Positions 58,050 through 64,000 of a stretch of DNA of 64,000 bases are shown here, piece after piece; the first letter of the stretch is position 1, and every line of letters starts with the position of its first letter. The notes beneath the pieces were generated by a model, which saw only the letters and a list, made by a program, of their open reading frames with translations, made no database searches and was not told where the DNA came from. Source of the stretch: the human T2T-CHM13v2.0 reference genome, Homo sapiens; the NCBI RefSeq assembly GCF_009914755.1, contig NC_060945.1; one strand, written 5' to 3'. The translations under genes were made by a program, and so were the position numbers.

Positions 58050-58449
58050 AAACTTTTGGATTTTATTAAATCTACAAATAAAGACCAGAAAACTTCCTTG
58101 TGGAACCTATGCTCACCTATAACTGTTGTGAATGTTCAAATCACAGTTAACGTCCAGTCATACTTTTAAATGTACTTCTAACATTTTGTTTCCATGAAAA
58201 TGTTTTTGCCTTATTAAGACTTGCTTAAAATAGCCTGTCCAAGCCTTTGTTTCTTGATCTGCAAAACTTAGAGAATTGGACTAACAGTTAAGAGGCATTT
58301 TAATTCCTTTATTCTTTTTACTGACCTGCATGTTTATCTTCTTGTGATCTAGTTGTTGCTATTCTTGCTTTAAAATTTCACATTATATTTCTTCAATTAA
58401 AATGTAAGCTCTTGGGAGCAGAAATCATACCATGTCTGTTTTATATATC

Positions 58450-58866
58450 AGCCTCAGTTTGATTTTGCTGCTATAACAAAATGAGACTAAGTAATTTACA
58501 AAAAGAGAAATACATCTCTTACAGTTCTGGAGGCTGAGAAATCCAAGATCAAGGCACCAGCAGATTCCATGCCTGGTGAGGGCTGTTCTCTGCTTCCAAG
58601 ATGGCACCCTGTTCCTACATCCACACCTGGCAGAAGAGATGAATGCTGTGTCTTCAAACGACAGAAAATGGAAGGCCAAAAAGGGGTGCAGCTAGTTCCT
58701 TCCATCCCTTTTATAGTGGTTTTTGAGGTGGTTAACACCTCATTCATGAGGGTGAAGCTTTCACGACCTAGTCACCTCTCAAGGCCTACCTTTTAATATC
58801 ATCACCTTGGGGTTTACATTCCAACATACGAGTTTTGGAGGGATGCATACATTTAAACCACAGCAA
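58450..58866 (-). mobile_element. MaLR solo LTR (MSTC-like)
   Basis: tgctgctataacaaaat...cagttctggaggctgagaaatccaagatcaaggcaccagcagatt...tgcttccaagatggc...catttaaaccacagca. Confidence 0.88.
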
Positions 58867-58876
58867 TCCCCTATAG

Positions 58877-59130
58877 TGGTGCTACTGAAAGTACTGGGCC
58901 TCAAACTATTTGTTACTGGTCCCTGATGAGGTCAGGAGCTTATACCAAAATATAATTCAACCACACACATAGATCTGTTTAGTTGAGCCAACGTTTTTTT
59001 CTGAGAAGGACTTTCTTGATGAAGGAATCTGTATGTTGATTTACCTTTCTGGAATAAGCTTCCTATCTCACCATAACAAATGGTTCTGGGAAAAACACCA
59101 GTCTGTGGACTGTACTTTGAGTAGGACTGG
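58877..59130. mobile_element. hAT-Charlie MITE (Charlie4/18-like)
   Basis: Termini gtgctactgaaagt ... actttgagtaggactg resemble TIRs; internal actttcttgatgaagga. Confidence 0.55.
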
Positions 59131-59194
59131 TCTATAGAGATTTTCTATAAAGGTCTATTTAAAATTCTCAGTAAATATTGGTTGTTTGACAAAT

Positions 59195-60310
59195 GACTCA
59201 TCTGTTCACTTAATGGACACTGATAGAGCATTCATGATGGAAGATGGCAGTAAGAGGTACTATGGTGGGGCAGGATGGGGACACACAAGCCTATGGTTAC
59301 TTACAGTCTATTAAGCAAGATGACATATTTTAAATAAGTGGAAAGTAGAACAAAAAATGTATAACAAAGGCACAAATAAAACACCATGAAAGTTCAAAAG
59401 AGGGAAGGAATTCATCTTACAAGTCACTTGGGAGAGGTAATCTGGAAACTTCTAACTTGAAGGCGGAGCAGAATGTTGAATGATGGAGTTGGGTATGGGG
59501 ACCATCACCCAGAGCAAACACAGGATGCAAGGAAGCTGTAGACATGTTTAGGAGACCACCCAAGTTTGCTTACTACTGCCTTTCCTACTATTTGATTTGG
59601 GACAAGCATTCAAGCTCTGCACAGTATCTTGCCCGCACCTGTTAAAATGGAAATAATAAAAATAGTATTCATCTTATAGGGTGAAGATCAAAGGGCTTAA
59701 TTCAAGTAAAGTGTTTAGAGCAATGGCCAGTGCTCAATAACTGTCAACTCTTGCTGTTCTCATTATCATTCATCACATTGTTTTTATGGAATGTTAACTT
59801 TGTACTAGCTCTTTGATTCTTTCAATATCTTCGGTTTTATGCTTTAGAAAATAAAAAAGCTACCGAAGTCTTTGAACTACCATGAGACCGAGAGTAGAGA
59901 AGAATGGATTAAGTCAGAAATGTGATGGTTACCTACAATTAAGGAGCAAAAGGAGAAAGCAAAATTAGCAAAGAAAACAAAAAAGCATTATCTGGGAGGT
60001 AGGAAGAAAACCAGATAAAGACGGGCAGTTGGAATCTGAGCTAGGAAAAAATGTTTTAGCCATTATAACAAAAATAATAATAATAAAAATAATAATAACA
60101 AATACTAACAAAAATAATAACAAAAATAGGCCATTAACAAAATCAGCTATTGGGGGAAGAAAAGAAGCAGTTGAATTTGAGAAGTATGACGTCATTCACA
60201 GCAACCCTTAAGGGAATTTCTTCAGGGTGACTGAAGCAGACACTAGATTGCAAGAAATAGAGAAGAGAGAAAACAGTGAGGAAAGGGAAGCAGTATAGAT
60301 AATATACTCA
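59195..60310 (-). mobile_element. L2 LINE 3' portion (MIR nested at ~59560-59780)
   Basis: Antisense L2 motifs: cttacagtcta, ttgaatttgagaagt, aatttcttcagggtgactgaagcagacactagattg. Confidence 0.55.
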
Positions 60311-60399
60311 TTCTTTTGTATTTACTTTCTGTGACTGAACATGCATGTGTTTATAGGCCACTGAAATGACAGCCAACACCTAAAGGCAGCTTATCTCTC

Positions 60400-61200
<801 letters not shown>

Positions 61201-62149
61201 AGAAGGAATATATGCAACGAAGGCTTGGTAGATGTTGGAAATATTAGCACAATGATTTAGGACGATGGCATGCTATTCTTGAAATTGAAATGAAACATAA
61301 GGCAATAAAACACTTCTTGTTAATGTGAAAGAATGAAGATGGTTAAAGACACAGATGAAGTGGGTCTAAATCTCAGTCTTTAACTCAAGCAGGCAATACA
61401 TATTGTATTTTTCTATAACTCAACCTAATTGTTATTATAAGCCCCCATCCCCCTGGGTTGGTGGAAATTTTATCCTAGTTGGTTCTGGCCTCCCTGCTTT
61501 CTTCTCCAGAGTTCTATCAATGTTCCAGGGTGCTTACAGAATCCTGAAACATGGCTGGGGAGAAGGGAGTTGAAATATTGGTCTGTGAAGTTTTCTGCCA
61601 AGTCATGTTTGTTTCTGCTCATGGTGACTTCAAGTCTGGTGGCTTTTCTGCTGTTTCCATATAATGCCAGTGGCAAGGGACTCTCACTATCACCTTTGTG
61701 CCACACCAGGGGTGCAATAATCTCTACTAGACTAAGAGCCCATCTGGTATACACCACGAGTCCAATTTCTCTCCGCAATTCTGCTAGACAAGGCAGCAGG
61801 TGCACTTTTGCTAGGATTTACGAAGAGCAGATCCTCTGTTCTCACATCATCCAAGAGGAATCTTCTAGTTTTGGGAAGGACTGAAGTGGGGCAGGGACAA
61901 GAATTCTTCTTTCATGTTTTTCCCCACCATTGAGTCCGTCCTTAGTTGCCCTCTTCTTCTTAAGAGCTCAGAGTATTTGAAACCAAAATCATTAAGACCC
62001 ATCCTGTCCTACCTCTCCACTGAGACAATGAACATGGAGACAATTTACCGCTTCTATGGACAGGAAGGAAAAGCAGGAAATGTTGGAAGAAAACAAGTTG
62101 ATAGAGGTTAATATCTCAAAAATATCCTAACACTCAGAGAACTTTAGAA

Positions 62150-62745
62150 ATGAAATAAGAGAAAATGAGAGGAGTTCTCATTAGATGGACTTGATGATCT
62201 CGGTAAATGAAGAGATGAGAGTTTTCTGTGGGGAGAAGAGAGCTGAGGATTGACAGCTGATTCAGAGGATTGCTGAACAGCAGAAGGAGCTGGGCACCCA
62301 GACAACTTGAACTTACCCCCAAGCCCTCAGCACTGTTTCTCAGCTTCCTCTACCAGGTCCTGTCACCCAGAAATGGCATGAGAAAGGGTTCAGTAAGAAG
62401 TATCCAGACATGGATGTGACAAATGGGGACAGTGAAGGGCCAAGGGTGGTGAGGGATGCTAAGGTGCTGGCGAGGAAACTGCACAAAGGAGTCACGGGAT
62501 CCAGGCTGGGTAGAGGGACAACGGAGGCAGACTGGGGCGAAGAGTTCAGACAAGAGACCAGAGCTGTGGGAGCAGATGTCCCAGTGAGGATGAAGAGCCA
62601 CTTCAACACAAATGAGAACATGAGGGTTGGAGAAGCAGAGAATCCAGATCTGACAAAGTCCTAGGAGATGATAAAGAATACTGCTGGAAGGTCCACATAC
62701 CCTGCCTATGCTGAGAACCAGGTCTGCTATTAAACCCAGAAACAC
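62150..62745 (-). mobile_element. L2 LINE ORF2 fragment (end of endonuclease / linker)
   Basis: Minus-strand peptides HPHWDICS and PSLDPVTPLCSFLASTLASLTTLGP resemble recalled L2 ORF2 (RPHRDLQS; PSLDSM..NHSLANTLNSLAPL), with frameshifts. Confidence 0.5.
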
Positions 62746-63092
62746 CCACTCTAAGCCATCATCCACCCCAGGACCACCTATATCAGTTCCCGTGGACTCT
62801 CTAGTAAGTAGGAACTGGATTGTCCCAAGGAACCGGGAACTGTCCCCACCAAGTATTTGCTTAATTCAAGATTTCCAAAGTCTTATGAAAACAGGGACTA
62901 AGAACATGACCCATAAGGCACACATTGGGATATTAGCAATGTCAGACAGCCGTGTGGTGAAGAACGCCACAGAGTCTAAGGTCTGCTGCATGGGAACGGC
63001 TGAATGTTTCCACAAAGAGGGCATTAAGTTTTTAATCTTCATTTTGCACATGATTTTCGCTCTTCTTTGGGTAAGGCAAATCTCATCACTGG

Positions 63093-63395
63093 TTTTTGTT
63101 GTTGTGTTTTGACACAGGGTCTCACTCTGTCACCCAGGCTGGGGTGCAGTGGCAGGATCGTGGCTCACTGCTGCCTCAAACACCTAGGCTCAAGCAATCC
63201 TCCCACTTCAACCTCCCAAATAGCCATGACTACAGGCAGCACCACAATGCCCAGCTAATTTTTAATTTTTTTTTGTAAGAGAGGGTGGTCTCACTATGGT
63301 ACCCAGGCTGCTCTTGAACTCCTGGCCTCAAGCAGTCCTCCCAGCTCAGCCTCCCAAAGTGCTGGGATAACAGCCATGAGCCACCGCACCCGGCC
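63093..63395 (-). mobile_element. Alu SINE (AluJ)
   Basis: Antisense J-type dimer; TSD tcatca(c/t)tggtt. Confidence 0.96.
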
Positions 63396-64000
63396 TCATC
63401 ATTGGTTCTTACATTTTAAGTTTCTCTATTTACTGAGAATAATACCTTTCACTCAGCAATATTGTTCTTGGGATTAAAGTGCAAAGTGTACACTTAAAGC
63501 TGGGGAATTGGCAAACATCATGATTTTACCATCTCCACTGAAGAGCACTATTTTGCATTTCTAGAGAAATTTGAAGCTTCTGAGAGTTTCAGTGTCATCA
63601 GTTGGCTGGTGCCTGTGACCTTCTTACAGAACGAGATGGTGTATTCTACTTTTTGAATAATAAATAGGAAAAACAGGCATATTCTCAACAGAGATGGCAT
63701 TTGAATAAAAGTGTTCTCAGCTTCCTGTCTTTTATTCAGGAAACTCGTTTCTAATCCTGCTTTATAAACACACACACTCTTTCCTTCCTGTTGATGGTAT
63801 ATTTCAATTGTTTCTGCTTGCTGAGGTCCTCAAAACACAAATGCAATCATCTCTATGCCTTGTTTACATTTGCTTCTTAGGAAATGCAATAATCTTACAG
63901 AAAGCCTCACTACCGTCTATTTTAAAATCTGGTACACTGGGCAGCTACTAACTAGTTATACACCAGGCACATAAGGAAATAAATCAAGCTTGCATGGAGG

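Noticed and set aside
63548-63775. Possible + strand terminal exon after ttttgcatttctag with downstream AATAAA
   Set aside because: Peptide unrecognised and no upstream partner exons found

Overview
Primate (human-like) non-coding genomic DNA, intronic or intergenic. It is CpG-depleted, has no CpG island and is rich in repeats. I count 24 dimeric or near-dimeric Alu copies plus one FLAM monomer. There are also many MaLR solo LTRs (MLT1/MST/THE1), an intact MER4-family ERV1 solo LTR with a 4-bp TSD, hAT and Tigger DNA-transposon fossils (MER2, MER5, MER20, MER53, MER58), and old L1M, L2 and MIR fragments, often nested. I recognise no protein-coding gene, tRNA, rRNA or CRISPR array. The supplied ORFs are explained by Alus, simple repeats, LTRs or chance. 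I found no convincing new multi-gene system. The most unusual native structures are: an ~810-bp higher-order 29-bp minisatellite (35272-36082) that looks like a CpG-decayed (CCGTACGT)n array, next to a perfect 38-bp inverted-repeat microsatellite; a few isolated hairpins and duplications; closely spaced inverted Alu pairs; and several unverified minus-strand exon-like segments that could belong to a lncRNA or host gene. Repeat subfamily names come from recalled consensus sequences and boundaries are approximate; RepeatMasker/Dfam would confirm them.
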